A stretch of 32,000 bases of DNA from NCBI RefSeq assembly GCF_040207875.1, contig NZ_CP157942.1, forward strand, positions 1,458,001 to 1,490,000, written 5' to 3'. Shown piece by piece: positions 18,297-28,994 of this stretch. Each line of letters starts with the position of its first letter. Position 1 is the first letter of the stretch. Source of the DNA: Wolbachia endosymbiont of Armadillidium arcangelii (GTDB lineage: Bacteria; Pseudomonadota; Alphaproteobacteria; Rickettsiales; Anaplasmataceae). The notes beneath the pieces were generated by a model. That model was not told the DNA's origin. It worked only from the letters and a program-made list of their open reading frames with translations, and did no database searches. Both the position numbers and the translations under genes were made by a program.

Positions 18297-18450
18297 GTGT
18301 CATCCCAGTGCTTGACACTGGCTTTTTTTACTAGATTCCAGCATCAAGTGCTGACCACCTACTACTAAAATTGCCTACAAATTGCAACAGTTGTGCGCTT
18401 GACTACTAGAGTTTTAAAAGGAAGGTGTCATGCCAGTCTGGCATCTAGTT
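18297..18450. repeat. Intergenic palindromic repeat copies
   Basis: tgtcatcccagtgcttgacactgg, tagattccagcatcaagtgctga and ggtgtcatgccagtctggcatctag. Confidence 0.75.
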
Positions 18451-18584
18451 AAATTCACGAGTATAAAAAAATACAACGTTTCTGATGATGGTGGAAATTA
18501 GTGTTTACTCGGATGATACCCTTTGGGTTTTGTACAGCTATCCTTCACGTGCTATGTAAATAACAACTATGCAACAGTTCAAGA

Positions 18585-19424
18585 TTATTTACCAAGTATA
18601 GACATCAGCTCATCCCATTCTCTTTTACCAATGCCACTTTCTTCTCTCGTAACATTTTCTCCTTTTATTAATTTGCGAATTATTTCAAGACCAGTTTTTG
18701 AAATGCAGGCTGATTTTAAGGAATATTCAACGAAAGCATTATAGGCCAGCGGAACCCATTTCTTTATTATATCCAACATAACTTCTGCGTAAACTCTAAT
18801 TTCATATTGGGCATGCTTATCAGCTCTAAGCCTTAAAAAGTGAAGAAGGTTATGCAGATCTATTTTCCAATAAAATTGGGTATAGTAATTAAGTGTTAGA
18901 TTAGTTCGGGCAATTTCTCTTGCAAGGCCCTGCTCAATAAATTTCTCATAATGAGAATATACTAAATTAGAATCATTTGTCAGAGAATCTATTATTTCTT
19001 TTGAAGTATTTGAATCAAAAGCTTCACCACTGCCTTGTTTATTATTATCAGATTGTTTTGCAACCTGTTCTGGTTTTGGTATATAAAATTCATTATCAAG
19101 TATTGAATACCTTCCAGAATATTCATTCACATTTGCAGTTCTATGTCTTATCCATTGTCTTGCAATAAAAATTGGAAGTTTCACGTGAAACTTAATTTCA
19201 CACATTTCAAATGGAGTTGTATGATGGTGTCTCATCAAATATTTTATAAGCGCCTCATCTTGATTTATCTGTTTCGTTCCCTTTCCATAAGAAACTCGAG
19301 CGGCTTGGACTATGGCGCTATCAGAGCCCATATAATCAATCACTCGAACAAATCCATGATCTAATACCTTATGTTCCTCGTATAGAATGTCATCTATTTC
19401 TTTTATTGTAGTTCGCCTATTCAT
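18585..19424 (-). CDS. thyX: FAD-dependent thymidylate synthase
   Basis: 279 aa; ThyX motif [15 protein letters not shown] preceded by ARQWI; [25 protein letters not shown]. Confidence 0.95.
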   Translation of the reverse strand: MNRRTTIKEIDDILYEEHKVLDHGFVRVIDYMGSDSAIVQAARVSYGKGTKQINQDEALIKYLMRHHHTTPFEMCEIKFHVKLPIFIARQWIRHRTANVNEYSGRYSILDNEFYIPKPEQVAKQSDNNKQGSGEAFDSNTSKEIIDSLTNDSNLVYSHYEKFIEQGLAREIARTNLTLNYYTQFYWKIDLHNLLHFLRLRADKHAQYEIRVYAEVMLDIIKKWVPLAYNAFVEYSLKSACISKTGLEIIRKLIKGENVTREESGIGKREWDELMSILGK

Positions 19425-20703
19425 AATATATTCTCAAGGAGATATCAGCTCCACATGAATTGAGTTTTTCATCCATTGCTTCATATCCTCTCAATAAATG
19501 ATGTGAGTTATTTATTGTAGTTTCTCCATTTGCTACCAAAGAAGCAAGAATTAAAGCTGCTGTTGATCTTAAGTCATTAGCATGTAGATCAGCTCCAGAT
19601 AAGCTCTTTATTCCACTTATAGTAGCTTTACTTTTTTCGATGCTGATATCAGCACCTAATTTTCTTAACTCATTTGCATGTGCAAATCTATTTTCAAAAA
19701 CATTTTCTTCAATTACTGATATTCCACCTGCAATTGACATTGCAGACATTAGTTGTGGTTGCATATCACTGGGAAAGTTAGGATATGGATTTGTTGCAAC
19801 GTGAGCAGATTTAATAGGGCCACTTTTTCTGGAAATAATAATACCATCGTCATGTAACTCAACTCTGGCTCCTATAGTCTTCAATTCATTTGCAATACAT
19901 CCTATATCAGATAGACTTACTCCTTCTAACTTTAGCTCGCCGCCGGTAATGACAGCAGCTAGCGCATATGTACCGGTTTCTATGCGATCTGGTATTATTT
20001 TGTGGACACATCCGTTTAATTCCTCAACGCCTTCTATTGTGATTTTTGTGTTGTTGACTTCAATATTGGCACCCATCCTCTTCAGGAACTCTATTAAATC
20101 AAGAACTTCCGGCTCTATTGCAGCATTGCTTATTATCGTTACTCCTTCTGCAAGTGTTGCTGCCATTATTATATTTTCTGTTGCACCAACACTCACTTTT
20201 TCAAATGTTATTTCTTTGCCTTGCAATTTCCCCTTTGTTGTTGCAGTTATATTACAGCCATCAATTTCAATTTGAACTCCCATTGCTTCAAGCGCCTTGA
20301 TATGCATGTCAACAGGACGTTTTCCAATATTACACCCACCAGGAAACACTGTTGCAATTTTACCAAATCTACTAAGCATTGGACCCAACATTAGAAAAGA
20401 TGCTCGCAGTCTGCTTGCAATTTTATGTGATATTAAATGGTTATTGATATTGCTACAGTCAATTTTTAAAGTGTGATTTGCTTTATAATCTTTATTGTGT
20501 ATGAAATTCACTTTTGCACCAAGACTCTTAAGCAGCTCAGACATCAAGTGTACATCAATTAAATCAGGTACGTTATGCAAAGTTACTGAAGAATTACTCA
20601 ACAAGCTCGCCGCCATTATTGGTAAGACGGCATTCTTTGAACCATTAATCTTGATTTTTCCAACCAAGGGTCTATGATTACTCCTTACTAATATTTTATG
20701 CAT
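19417..20703 (-). CDS. murA: UDP-N-acetylglucosamine 1-carboxyvinyltransferase
   Basis: 428 aa; [53 protein letters not shown] and [18 protein letters not shown]. Confidence 0.97.
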   Translation of the reverse strand: MHKILVRSNHRPLVGKIKINGSKNAVLPIMAASLLSNSSVTLHNVPDLIDVHLMSELLKSLGAKVNFIHNKDYKANHTLKIDCSNINNHLISHKIASRLRASFLMLGPMLSRFGKIATVFPGGCNIGKRPVDMHIKALEAMGVQIEIDGCNITATTKGKLQGKEITFEKVSVGATENIIMAATLAEGVTIISNAAIEPEVLDLIEFLKRMGANIEVNNTKITIEGVEELNGCVHKIIPDRIETGTYALAAVITGGELKLEGVSLSDIGCIANELKTIGARVELHDDGIIISRKSGPIKSAHVATNPYPNFPSDMQPQLMSAMSIAGGISVIEENVFENRFAHANELRKLGADISIEKSKATISGIKSLSGADLHANDLRSTAALILASLVANGETTINNSHHLLRGYEAMDEKLNSCGADISLRIYYE

Positions 20704-20832
20704 TTATTAAGCTAGACTTTATTGAATAAGTATAGTGAACCAGCAGTAAAAGGCAAATTGCAAACAATATCAAGTCAGATCTCTTCATATAGTACCACAC
20801 AACTGTTGTAATTTGCAAATTTTGGAGTAACA

Positions 20833-20975
20833 AGGGGTGTCATTCCAGTGCTCGACACTGGAATCTAGTTAAGTTGGTAAGCATAAAAGTAGTCATTTTA
20901 TGTTAAAATACAACATTTTGATGATTATGTAAAGGCTGGATTCCAGTGTCAGCTACTCGAATGACATCTTCATAG
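20833..20975. repeat. ~140 bp MITE-like element with terminal palindromic repeats
   Basis: ggtgtcattccagtgctcgacactggaatctag at the left, ggattccagtgtcagctactcgaatgacatc at the right, AT-rich core. Confidence 0.7.
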
Positions 20976-20998
20976 TCGATTCAAAATAGCATAGTTAA

Positions 20999-22270
20999 CT
21001 ACAACTTTCCAAAAATAAGAGACGCATTAGTGCCACCAAAACCAAATGAATTAGAAAGCACATACTGAATTTTATGCTCTTGAGCTTCAAATGGTACAAA
21101 ATTCAAATCACATCCTTCTGAAGGTTTATGCAGATTCAAAGTTGGTGGAACAATTCCGCTCTTTAATGCAAGGATACTAAATATTGCTTCAACACTTCCT
21201 GCGGCACCAAGTAAATGTCCTATAGAAGATTTAGTCGAGGAAACAGGTATTTTATAGGCATACTCACCGAATAACTGCTTCATTGCTATTACTTCTATTT
21301 TGTCTCCAAGTGGTGTTGAAGTGCCATGTGCATTGATATACCCAATTTGACTTGGGCTGATTTGTGCATTTTTTAAAGCAAGCTCCATTGCCTTAAATGC
21401 GCCTCTTCCTTCTGGATGAGGTGCTGTGATATGGTACGCATCTCCTGTTAATCCATATCCAGTGAGTTCTGCATATATTTTTGCTCCTCTTTTTTTTGCA
21501 TGTTCATATTCTTCCAGCACTAATATACCTGCTCCTTCGCCCATGACAAACCCATCGCGTTCTTCATCCCATGGCCTTGAGGCTTCTTCAGGCTTATCAT
21601 TGAATTTAGTTGATAGCGCCTTCATCGATGCAAAACCTGCAATTCCAACTCTGCATAACGCACTTTCTGCTCCGCCTGCAATCATCACATCAGCTTCATC
21701 AAGTTTTATAGCTCTTGCTGAGTTTATAATTGCATGCGCACCTGTTGCACATGCAGTGACCGCTGAGTCATTTGGACCTGTAAATTCGTATTTGATAGAA
21801 ATATGGCCAGATATCAAATTTATTAGGCTTGCAGGGACAAAAAATGGACTGACACGCCTAGGCCCCTTTTCTTGCATGGTAATTACGTTTTCTTGAATTG
21901 ATGGAAGGCCACCTATACCAGAACCAATAACTACACCTACTCGCTCTTTATTAATATTTTGATTTTCCAAAACTAGTGAATCATCTACTGCCTGAATAGC
22001 AGCTGCAATGCCGTAATGAATAAAGCGATCTGTTCTTTTTAGGTCTTTTTCAGAAATATAACCTAGTGGATCGAAGTAACTTTCAATATCATCAGATTGC
22101 GTTGGAACTTGCCCTGCAACCCTGCAAGCAAGATCAGAAAAATCAAACCTATCTGTACTGATTTCTTTTATGCTAGATTTACCTTTGATCAACCTTGACC
22201 AAGTGTTATTAACACCTACTGCTAGTGGAGTAATTAAGCCAATACCAGTAACTACTACTTTTCTGCTCAT
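20999..22270 (-). CDS. fabF: Beta-ketoacyl-ACP synthase II
   Basis: 423 aa; VTACATGAHAI (active-site Cys), INAHGTSTPLGDKIE, KSSIGHLLGAAGSVEA and SNSFGFGGTN. Confidence 0.97.
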   Translation of the reverse strand: MSRKVVVTGIGLITPLAVGVNNTWSRLIKGKSSIKEISTDRFDFSDLACRVAGQVPTQSDDIESYFDPLGYISEKDLKRTDRFIHYGIAAAIQAVDDSLVLENQNINKERVGVVIGSGIGGLPSIQENVITMQEKGPRRVSPFFVPASLINLISGHISIKYEFTGPNDSAVTACATGAHAIINSARAIKLDEADVMIAGGAESALCRVGIAGFASMKALSTKFNDKPEEASRPWDEERDGFVMGEGAGILVLEEYEHAKKRGAKIYAELTGYGLTGDAYHITAPHPEGRGAFKAMELALKNAQISPSQIGYINAHGTSTPLGDKIEVIAMKQLFGEYAYKIPVSSTKSSIGHLLGAAGSVEAIFSILALKSGIVPPTLNLHKPSEGCDLNFVPFEAQEHKIQYVLSNSFGFGGTNASLIFGKL

Positions 22271-22276
22271 TCAACA

Positions 22277-22537
22277 TTAATTGTTTGCTTTGTTTACTAC
22301 ATATTCAACTATCTGTTCCATGGTTTCCATCTTTTGTGCATCTTCATCAGGAATCTCTATACCAAACTCTTCTTCGGCTGCCATGATAATCTCAACTGCA
22401 TCTAAACTGTCTGCACCATGCTCTGAAAGCTTTGAAGAGCCATCAAATTTTTCTACATCCTTACTAATATGCTCTAGTATGATCTTTTTTACCTTTTCTT
22501 CTATATCTTCTCTAGTACTTTTTGCCAATTCACTCAT
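22277..22537 (-). CDS. acpP: Acyl carrier protein
   Basis: 86 aa; HGADSLDAVEIIMAAEEEFGIEIPDEDA with the phosphopantetheine Ser in DSL. Confidence 0.97.
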   Translation of the reverse strand: MSELAKSTREDIEEKVKKIILEHISKDVEKFDGSSKLSEHGADSLDAVEIIMAAEEEFGIEIPDEDAQKMETMEQIVEYVVNKANN

Positions 22538-22625
22538 TTTTCACCAAAAAATAATCTATACCTTCGATGTTATAAGAAATTTTGATGTTTGCAATAGTTT
22601 TTATGGTTATTATAAAGGTTTTTAG

Positions 22626-23648
22626 ATGAGATATGCTTCAATGTGTTGTATGCTAGATGAAGCAACAAGAAATTTATTTATTGCAGAAATAAACAGGATT
22701 TTACCTAAAAATAGTCAAAATAGGCTCATATCAGCCATGCGTTATGTGCTTCTTGCTCCTGCAAAATACATACGTCCTTTTTTAGTCATAGCATCTTCGT
22801 CGATATTCAACATAAAGGTTGAAAAAGCAATAACAGCAGCAGCAGCAATTGAATTTATTCATGCTTATTCCCTAATTCACGATGATCTACCATGTATGGA
22901 TAACAGCGACACCCGCAGAGGCCAGCCAAGCTGCCACAAAAAATTTGGTGAAGCAACAGCAATACTTGCTGGAGATGCACTACTTACCCTGGCTTTTGAG
23001 GTATTATCTTCATTAAATTGTGAGATTATAAAAGTGCTCTCTCAGGCAATAGGAGTTAGGGGAATGGTGGGAGGACAGATTTTAGATATTAACAGTGAGC
23101 ATATAGATTTTAACCCCCAACCCTATGTCATCCCAGTGCTTGACACTGGGATCCAGAAGGCTTTACCTACAAGCATTTCGTGCAAAAAGCCATGCGATGG
23201 TGAAGCTGAACATGAAATGGATTCCAGTGTCAAGCACTGGAATGACACCCTTTCTACCTTAAAACCACAACATTCGTACGGCTGTATGTATAACGCTGGA
23301 ATGACGTCGGGCCAAGCTGATAAAATAAAGGAAGTTCATTTGATGAAAACTGCAAAACTATTTGCAGCTTCATGTGAAATAGGGGCTATAATAGGCAATG
23401 CTACAAGCGAAGAGCGGAGAGCATCATATAACTATGGAATAAATCTAGGGCTTATCTTTCAAGCTAAGGATGATATTGAAGATTATGAGCAGGATAAAAC
23501 AAATAATTTGATATCTGTGCTTGGAAAAAGTGAGATGGAAGAATATATAGATGGCCTTTTTAAACAAGCCTCAGATAATTTGAGTGTGCTTTCAGGGAAT
23601 ACTAATTATTTATATGATTTATTGAATCAAGTAAGAAAAGATGGTTAA
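22626..23648 (+). CDS. ispA: Polyprenyl (farnesyl/geranyl-type) diphosphate synthase with in-frame repeat insertion
   Basis: 340 aa; HDDLPCMDNSDTRRG (first Asp-rich motif), GVRGMVGGQILDI, KTAKLFAAS, FQAKDDIEDYEQD (second Asp-rich motif). Confidence 0.9.
   Translation: MRYASMCCMLDEATRNLFIAEINRILPKNSQNRLISAMRYVLLAPAKYIRPFLVIASSSIFNIKVEKAITAAAAIEFIHAYSLIHDDLPCMDNSDTRRGQPSCHKKFGEATAILAGDALLTLAFEVLSSLNCEIIKVLSQAIGVRGMVGGQILDINSEHIDFNPQPYVIPVLDTGIQKALPTSISCKKPCDGEAEHEMDSSVKHWNDTLSTLKPQHSYGCMYNAGMTSGQADKIKEVHLMKTAKLFAASCEIGAIIGNATSEERRASYNYGINLGLIFQAKDDIEDYEQDKTNNLISVLGKSEMEEYIDGLFKQASDNLSVLSGNTNYLYDLLNQVRKDG
23112..23309 (+). repeat. Palindromic repeat cluster inserted in frame in ispA
   Basis: gtcatcccagtgcttgacactgggatccag and ggattccagtgtcaagcactggaatgacacc encode VIPVLDTGIQ...DSSVKHWNDT inside the conserved synthase sequence. 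Confidence 0.9.
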
Positions 23649-24522
23649 AAAAATTATATTACAAATATTTATCTCTGTAGTAATGGTTCTCACTTTAGCT
23701 TCTGCTTTTATAATTACTATTGTTTATATAAACAAAGATAAGCCGGAAAAAGGGGACAAGCTTTACGAGATAAATGCCACACATGATGGTTTAACACAGA
23801 CGATAGCACGTTATCTAGTCAAGCCAATACTTGAATCAGCACTTGATCGCTATATTGAAAAGCATGGGCTAGCAGAATATTTAGAAGAAATAACGCAGCA
23901 AAAAGAAGAAGAGCCGATAAATTTTTATGAAATTACTGAAGGCAGTGGCAGCAAGGCTTTTTGTGGCCAAGAAGTCCTGCTACAAATGTACAAAATATCC
24001 AACAATCTAGCAATGCTACTTCCGACTGATGTCACTTTGAAAATAGGTCAGGATTATCTAAAAGAAGTGAATTTAGGGGTAATAGGTATGAAAGAAGGCG
24101 GAGAACGTGTAGTTACTATTGCCGCTGATGACAACAAAATGAATTTTAACTCTTATTACATCAAACTGATTGAAGTAAAAGATAAATATCCTGATTCAGT
24201 AAATAACCTGATGATTTTTAATGACTTAATTAACAAAATTGGAAAACAAGTAAAGTGTGGTGATGAGATATCGGTTCAATATAGCATAAAGAGACATAAT
24301 GGTGAGTATATAATCAAAGATCAAACAGTGCAGTTTAAAGTTGGTGACAGAAAAGCACCACTTGCTATAGAACTTGGAGTTGTGGGAATGAGAGCTGGTA
24401 ATAAAAGAACTATTCTTTCTCCACCCGACCTTTTAACTGGTATATTAATAAAAGACATAGATTTTGATGAAGAAAATATCTCAATAATTGATTTAAGCTT
24501 GAATTCTACTATTGAAAAATAG
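23641..24522 (+). CDS. Membrane-anchored FKBP-type peptidyl-prolyl isomerase-like protein
   Basis: 293 aa; N-terminal TM; two FKBP-like units (VLLQMYKISNN...LGVIGMKEGGERVVTI and VQFKVGDRKAPLAIELGVVGMRAGNKRTILSPPDL); 8-bp overlap with ispA. Confidence 0.65.
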   Translation: MVKKIILQIFISVVMVLTLASAFIITIVYINKDKPEKGDKLYEINATHDGLTQTIARYLVKPILESALDRYIEKHGLAEYLEEITQQKEEEPINFYEITEGSGSKAFCGQEVLLQMYKISNNLAMLLPTDVTLKIGQDYLKEVNLGVIGMKEGGERVVTIAADDNKMNFNSYYIKLIEVKDKYPDSVNNLMIFNDLINKIGKQVKCGDEISVQYSIKRHNGEYIIKDQTVQFKVGDRKAPLAIELGVVGMRAGNKRTILSPPDLLTGILIKDIDFDEENISIIDLSLNSTIEK

Positions 24523-24591
24523 CTTAAAGAATATGTATCCGTTCAGATGTACGGCTAATGTTGAAACCAATGCTCCCTTTCTTGTCATCCC

Positions 24592-24722
24592 AGTGCTTGA
24601 CACTGGGATCTAGGAATTCTGATCATGTATCAAAACATTGTCATTCAAGTAGTTGACACTGCAACCCATTATACTCCGTAAATTTAACTGGATGCCAGTG
24701 TCTGGGCACTGGCATGACACCC
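24592..24722. repeat. ~130 bp MITE-like intergenic element with terminal palindromes
   Basis: gtcatcccagtgcttgacactgggatctag at the left and ctggatgccagtgtctgggcactggcatgacacc at the right. Confidence 0.75.
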
Positions 24723-24915
24723 ATTTCTTTCTAGTTTGTCAATTCAAGTAGCCTTTTTAGTATCATATACTTTCATAACACCATTTATTCCTATAGTTGT
24801 CTTTTCTCATCTACCTCATTTTGCCACTCTGCTGAACAGATACAGGAATATAGCTATAGAGATAAGAAAAAATAAAATCTTTTGAATACTCTATATTGCT
24901 TAAAAAGAGCTTCTT

Positions 24916-26358
24916 CTAAAGTATAAACTTAGATAAATCAAGCTGCTTTGAAATTGATTCAAGCTTGTCTCTTACATATTTACTATCTATAACAAATTTT
25001 TCACTGTTTTTTTCAGAAGCGATAAAACTTATTTCATCTAAAAGCTTCTCCATGACAGTATGAAGCCTTCTTGCACCTATATTTTCTACTTCTCTATTAA
25101 CTGTAAACGCTATTTCAGCTATGGTTTCTATACCATCATCAGTGAACCCAAGCGTCACATTTTCTGTTTTCATTAAAGCTATATACTGCTTTAACAAACT
25201 AGATTCTGGTTCCTTTAATATTTTTATTAAATCCTCTTGAGTAAGTGCCTTAAGTTCCACTCTAATTGGCAATCTACCCTGTAATTCTGGTAAAAGATCA
25301 GATGGTTTAGACAAATGAAAAGCACCAGATGCAATAAATAATATATAGTCTGTTTTTACTGGACCATACTTAGTTGAAACAGTTGTTCCTTCAAGTAGTG
25401 GCAAAAGATCGCGTTGCACCCCTTCTCTGTTGACTTCACCTTTTATTTCTGTACGTGCTGCAATTTTATCTATTTCATCTAAAAACACTATGCCTTCATT
25501 GCTAACAAGATCAATCGCTTCTTTGATTACCTTATCTTCATCCATTAACTTCTCACTTTCTTCGTTAACCAATATTTCTCGAGCTTCTTTTACCTTAACT
25601 GTAATAGTTTTTGTTTTTTTGCTCCCATTAAACATCTTGCCAACTATTTCTGTTACATTCATCACGCCAATTTGCCCACCTGGCATACCAGGTATATCAA
25701 AAGTGGGTAGCATACCCTTGCTCTCCCTGACGTTAATAGAAACTTCTCCATCTTCAAATTCCTTATTTCTCAGTCTTTCTCTAAAAACCTTTTTGCTTTC
25801 CTCAGTTGCATCTTTGCCAACCATGGAATTAACTATTATCTTTTCTGCTAAATCCAAAGCTTTTTTAGTTAAGGCTTTACATGCTTTTTCCTTAACTAAA
25901 ACTATTGCTGTGTCAACTAAATCACGTATTATCGAGTCAACATCACGCCCAACATATCCTATTTCGGTAAATTTCGTTGCTTCAATTTTTATAAAAGGTG
26001 CACCAGCAAGCTTTGCTAAACGGCGAGCTATTTCAGTTTTGCCAACTCCCGTATGGCCTATCATGAGTATATTCTTAGGTATAATCTCTTCACGTAGTGG
26101 AAGTGGGACTTTATTTCGACGCCAACGATTTCTGAGTGCAATAGCAACAGCACGCTTTGCGTCATTCTGCCCAATTATAAATCTATCCAGCTCTTTAACT
26201 ATTTTCTGTGGTGGTAGATCATCTAATAAAGCTTGTGAGCTTTGAGTGCTACTACTTTCTGTACCTTCATTTTCATAGAGGACATTTTTTTCATTGCAGT
26301 TATCAGATTGACCTACTACAGGTTGAGCAAAAGAATTGGTACACAAGATTCTTGACAT
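24916..26358 (-). CDS. hslU: ATP-dependent protease ATPase subunit HslU
   Basis: 480 aa; [52 protein letters not shown] and [11 protein letters not shown]. Confidence 0.97.
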   Translation of the reverse strand: MSRILCTNSFAQPVVGQSDNCNEKNVLYENEGTESSSTQSSQALLDDLPPQKIVKELDRFIIGQNDAKRAVAIALRNRWRRNKVPLPLREEIIPKNILMIGHTGVGKTEIARRLAKLAGAPFIKIEATKFTEIGYVGRDVDSIIRDLVDTAIVLVKEKACKALTKKALDLAEKIIVNSMVGKDATEESKKVFRERLRNKEFEDGEVSINVRESKGMLPTFDIPGMPGGQIGVMNVTEIVGKMFNGSKKTKTITVKVKEAREILVNEESEKLMDEDKVIKEAIDLVSNEGIVFLDEIDKIAARTEIKGEVNREGVQRDLLPLLEGTTVSTKYGPVKTDYILFIASGAFHLSKPSDLLPELQGRLPIRVELKALTQEDLIKILKEPESSLLKQYIALMKTENVTLGFTDDGIETIAEIAFTVNREVENIGARRLHTVMEKLLDEISFIASEKNSEKFVIDSKYVRDKLESISKQLDLSKFIL

Positions 26359-26359
26359 A

Positions 26360-26914
26360 TTACTCCTCTATTTTTTCGATAATTACATTATGGTTTGTAT
26401 AAACACATATATCGGCAGCTATCTTCATAGCCTTTTTTGCAATCTCCTCTATTGATATCCCTTCGACGTCAATCAAAGCCTTTGCTGCAGATAAAGCAAA
26501 ATTTCCTCCAGAGCCAATGGCTGCAACCCCATCTTCAGGTTCAAGAACGTCACCCGTTCCTGTAATGACCAATGAAATGGATTTATCTGCCACAATCATC
26601 ATAGCCTCTAATTTCCTTAGATATTTATCCATTCTCCAGTCTTTTGCAAGTTCAACACATGCTCTCATTAACTGTCCCGGATGTTTGTCAAGTTTTGACT
26701 CCAGTCTTTCAAAAAGGGTAAATGCATCAGCCGTTGCTCCAGCAAAACCGGCAATTACGGAATCACCAGAAAGACGCCTAACTTTTTTTGCTCCAGATTT
26801 TATAACGGTATGGCCTAGCGAGACTTGTCCATCACCTATTACTACTACACTTTTATCTTTTCTAATTGACAGTATAGTAGTCCCATACATTTTACTGTTG
26901 TCATGATGAATCAT
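26360..26914 (-). CDS. hslV: ATP-dependent protease proteolytic subunit HslV
   Basis: 184 aa; [38 protein letters not shown]; immediately upstream of hslU. Confidence 0.97.
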   Translation of the reverse strand: MIHHDNSKMYGTTILSIRKDKSVVVIGDGQVSLGHTVIKSGAKKVRRLSGDSVIAGFAGATADAFTLFERLESKLDKHPGQLMRACVELAKDWRMDKYLRKLEAMMIVADKSISLVITGTGDVLEPEDGVAAIGSGGNFALSAAKALIDVEGISIEEIAKKAMKIAADICVYTNHNVIIEKIEE

Positions 26915-26996
26915 TTTTTTGCTACTTTATATTGTAAGTATTAGTTAAGATTATAGCTTATAATATAGTACTTTTCTTATAACATTTAAAGTGTAG

Positions 26997-28151
26997 ATGC
27001 AAAATATAATTCATTCAAATTTGGAAAAAGATATAAATAGTTGGTTCAAAACAAAATTTAATGGCCTTACATTACCATTTTATAGCTCCATAGATCTTAG
27101 GAATTCAGGCTGCAAAATTGCTCCAGTAGACGCCAATTTGTTTCCTGCAGGGTTCAATAATCTAAGTGAAATATCGAGAGTAACAGCAGCAAAATTGATA
27201 AAAAGCTACTTTGAAACAAAACAATATAAAAAGGCTCTTATAATACCAGAGAATTACACACGAAATAAAATGTATATAGAAAATGTATTTGCCATAGAAA
27301 AAATACTGCAACTTGCAGATTTCGAGACTAAAATCGGTCTCTTTCACAGTGAAGCATATAATTTAATAGAATTATACGAGACTATTGTAGAAGAAAACTC
27401 TTTGCTAAAGACAACTTCAGGGTTTGTACCCGATGTTGTTATACTGAATCGAGACATGACAAGCCACATTCCTGATATTCTCAAAAATGTAAAACAAGAG
27501 ATAATACCAAGCCCATTATATGGTTGGCACAGTAGACAGAAATTTCAATATTTTAAAATTTATCAAGAATTAGCATCCGAGTTTTGTAGCGAATTTCAAA
27601 TAGATCTATGGCTTATTTCTGCATTTACAGAAAACTGCAATGAAGTAGATTTTAATGATGATTCATCACTAAAAGCAATAGCGGTTAAAGTTGATCAAAT
27701 ATTGTCCTTAGTACAAAAAAAATATCAGGAACATAAAATAAAAACACAACCTTACGTTTTTATCAAAGCAAGCAATGGCACATACGGGATGGGTATCATA
27801 ACAGTGACAAGCGGTGAAGAAGTATTAAACCTCAACAAAAAAAAGCGCCATAAAATGAAAAAGGTAAAGGAAGGGATAGAAGTAAGTAGCGTTATTATAC
27901 AAGAAGGTGTACCAACCATCGATGTATTTAAGCGCAGTCCTGCAGAACCGCTAATATACTACATAGGAAATATACCAATGTGCTACTTATATAGGTGTAA
28001 TAGCAGAAAAGATATATATTCTAGCTTGAATTCCACTGACTGTGAATTTTATGATATTAGCCAAGAAAATAAAACCCTGCCACTTTGGAACATTGTTAGC
28101 AAATTAGCAGTGCTAGCATTAGCAGTGGAAATTAGGTCTTTTCATCTCTAA
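26997..28151 (+). CDS. gshA: Glutamate-cysteine ligase, alpha-proteobacterial type
   Basis: 384 aa; SSIDLRNSGCKIAPVDANLFPAGFNNL and VFIKASNGTYGMGIITVTSGEEVLNLNKKKRHKM. Confidence 0.85.
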   Translation: MQNIIHSNLEKDINSWFKTKFNGLTLPFYSSIDLRNSGCKIAPVDANLFPAGFNNLSEISRVTAAKLIKSYFETKQYKKALIIPENYTRNKMYIENVFAIEKILQLADFETKIGLFHSEAYNLIELYETIVEENSLLKTTSGFVPDVVILNRDMTSHIPDILKNVKQEIIPSPLYGWHSRQKFQYFKIYQELASEFCSEFQIDLWLISAFTENCNEVDFNDDSSLKAIAVKVDQILSLVQKKYQEHKIKTQPYVFIKASNGTYGMGIITVTSGEEVLNLNKKKRHKMKKVKEGIEVSSVIIQEGVPTIDVFKRSPAEPLIYYIGNIPMCYLYRCNSRKDIYSSLNSTDCEFYDISQENKTLPLWNIVSKLAVLALAVEIRSFHL

Positions 28152-28933
28152 TCATTAATTTCTATAATGTTGCCATTATGCTGAGTATGGCGAGCGCCAT
28201 CAAGTCCAGTAGAAGGATCCGTACCATTACTAGGTTGATTGACAAATCTATCGATGTTTGATACCAAGTATGCCAGACTTAATATTATACTCACTGTTAC
28301 GCTTAAGTTGAAGTTATAGATTATACCACCACCCAAATCTATTGGTATGGTTGAAATTTCCATTCTTTTTAAGATGAAGCTTAACAAGCCCAATGACAAA
28401 GCGAATGTGCTAAAAATAACGTCTTTACTATATTTAGCAGACTTTTCAGAATCCTTATTATCCAGATACTTCTTCCATGTATAATAGTAGCTTATAAATT
28501 CTGAAAATAGAAACAGAACTGCTGATGTTAAGCTAATATAACTTATTATATCTTTATTGTTTCCAGCTAAGAAATGAATGATTTTTGTCTGCATCAATAT
28601 TCCTATGATACGGTGTGTCAAGAAGGCCGAGCTACCTACAACCTGTACTGTTTTTTCAGGTTCACCTTTATCATCTTGAGCTTTATATCCAGCTAAGCTG
28701 AGTCCGGAATGAAGAATATATAATACTGATGTTGGTAATTTTATTAACTTGGCAATATCTGATACAGCAGAAATACTAGATCTGTTATTGTCAATAAACT
28801 CGCAACAAAATTGTAGTGAAATCTTACACAATATGCCTGTTAAACCTACTGCAATACAATACATCTTTCTGAGATCATGGTTATGGGCAGCGTGTACCCT
28901 TTGTGCAAATGTATTTATTTTTTTTTCTAGCAT
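28148..28933 (-). CDS. Hypothetical multi-pass membrane protein
   Basis: 261-aa ORF with several hydrophobic helices; C-terminus ...GTDPSTGLDGARHTQHNGNIIEIND; overlaps the gshA 3' end by 4 bp. Confidence 0.65.
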   Translation of the reverse strand: MLEKKINTFAQRVHAAHNHDLRKMYCIAVGLTGILCKISLQFCCEFIDNNRSSISAVSDIAKLIKLPTSVLYILHSGLSLAGYKAQDDKGEPEKTVQVVGSSAFLTHRIIGILMQTKIIHFLAGNNKDIISYISLTSAVLFLFSEFISYYYTWKKYLDNKDSEKSAKYSKDVIFSTFALSLGLLSFILKRMEISTIPIDLGGGIIYNFNLSVTVSIILSLAYLVSNIDRFVNQPSNGTDPSTGLDGARHTQHNGNIIEIND

Positions 28934-28994
28934 AAATAGCTAATAAAATAATAGCTTTTTACTACTTTACTATAAAAATCTTAAAAGAAAAGTG

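Noticed and set aside
21426-21896. 156-aa plus-strand ORF opposite fabF
   Set aside because: Shadow ORF of a strongly conserved gene; no domain signal.
25430-26245. 271-aa plus-strand ORF opposite hslU
   Set aside because: Ser/Thr/Ile-rich shadow ORF of hslU; the minus strand frame is clearly coding.
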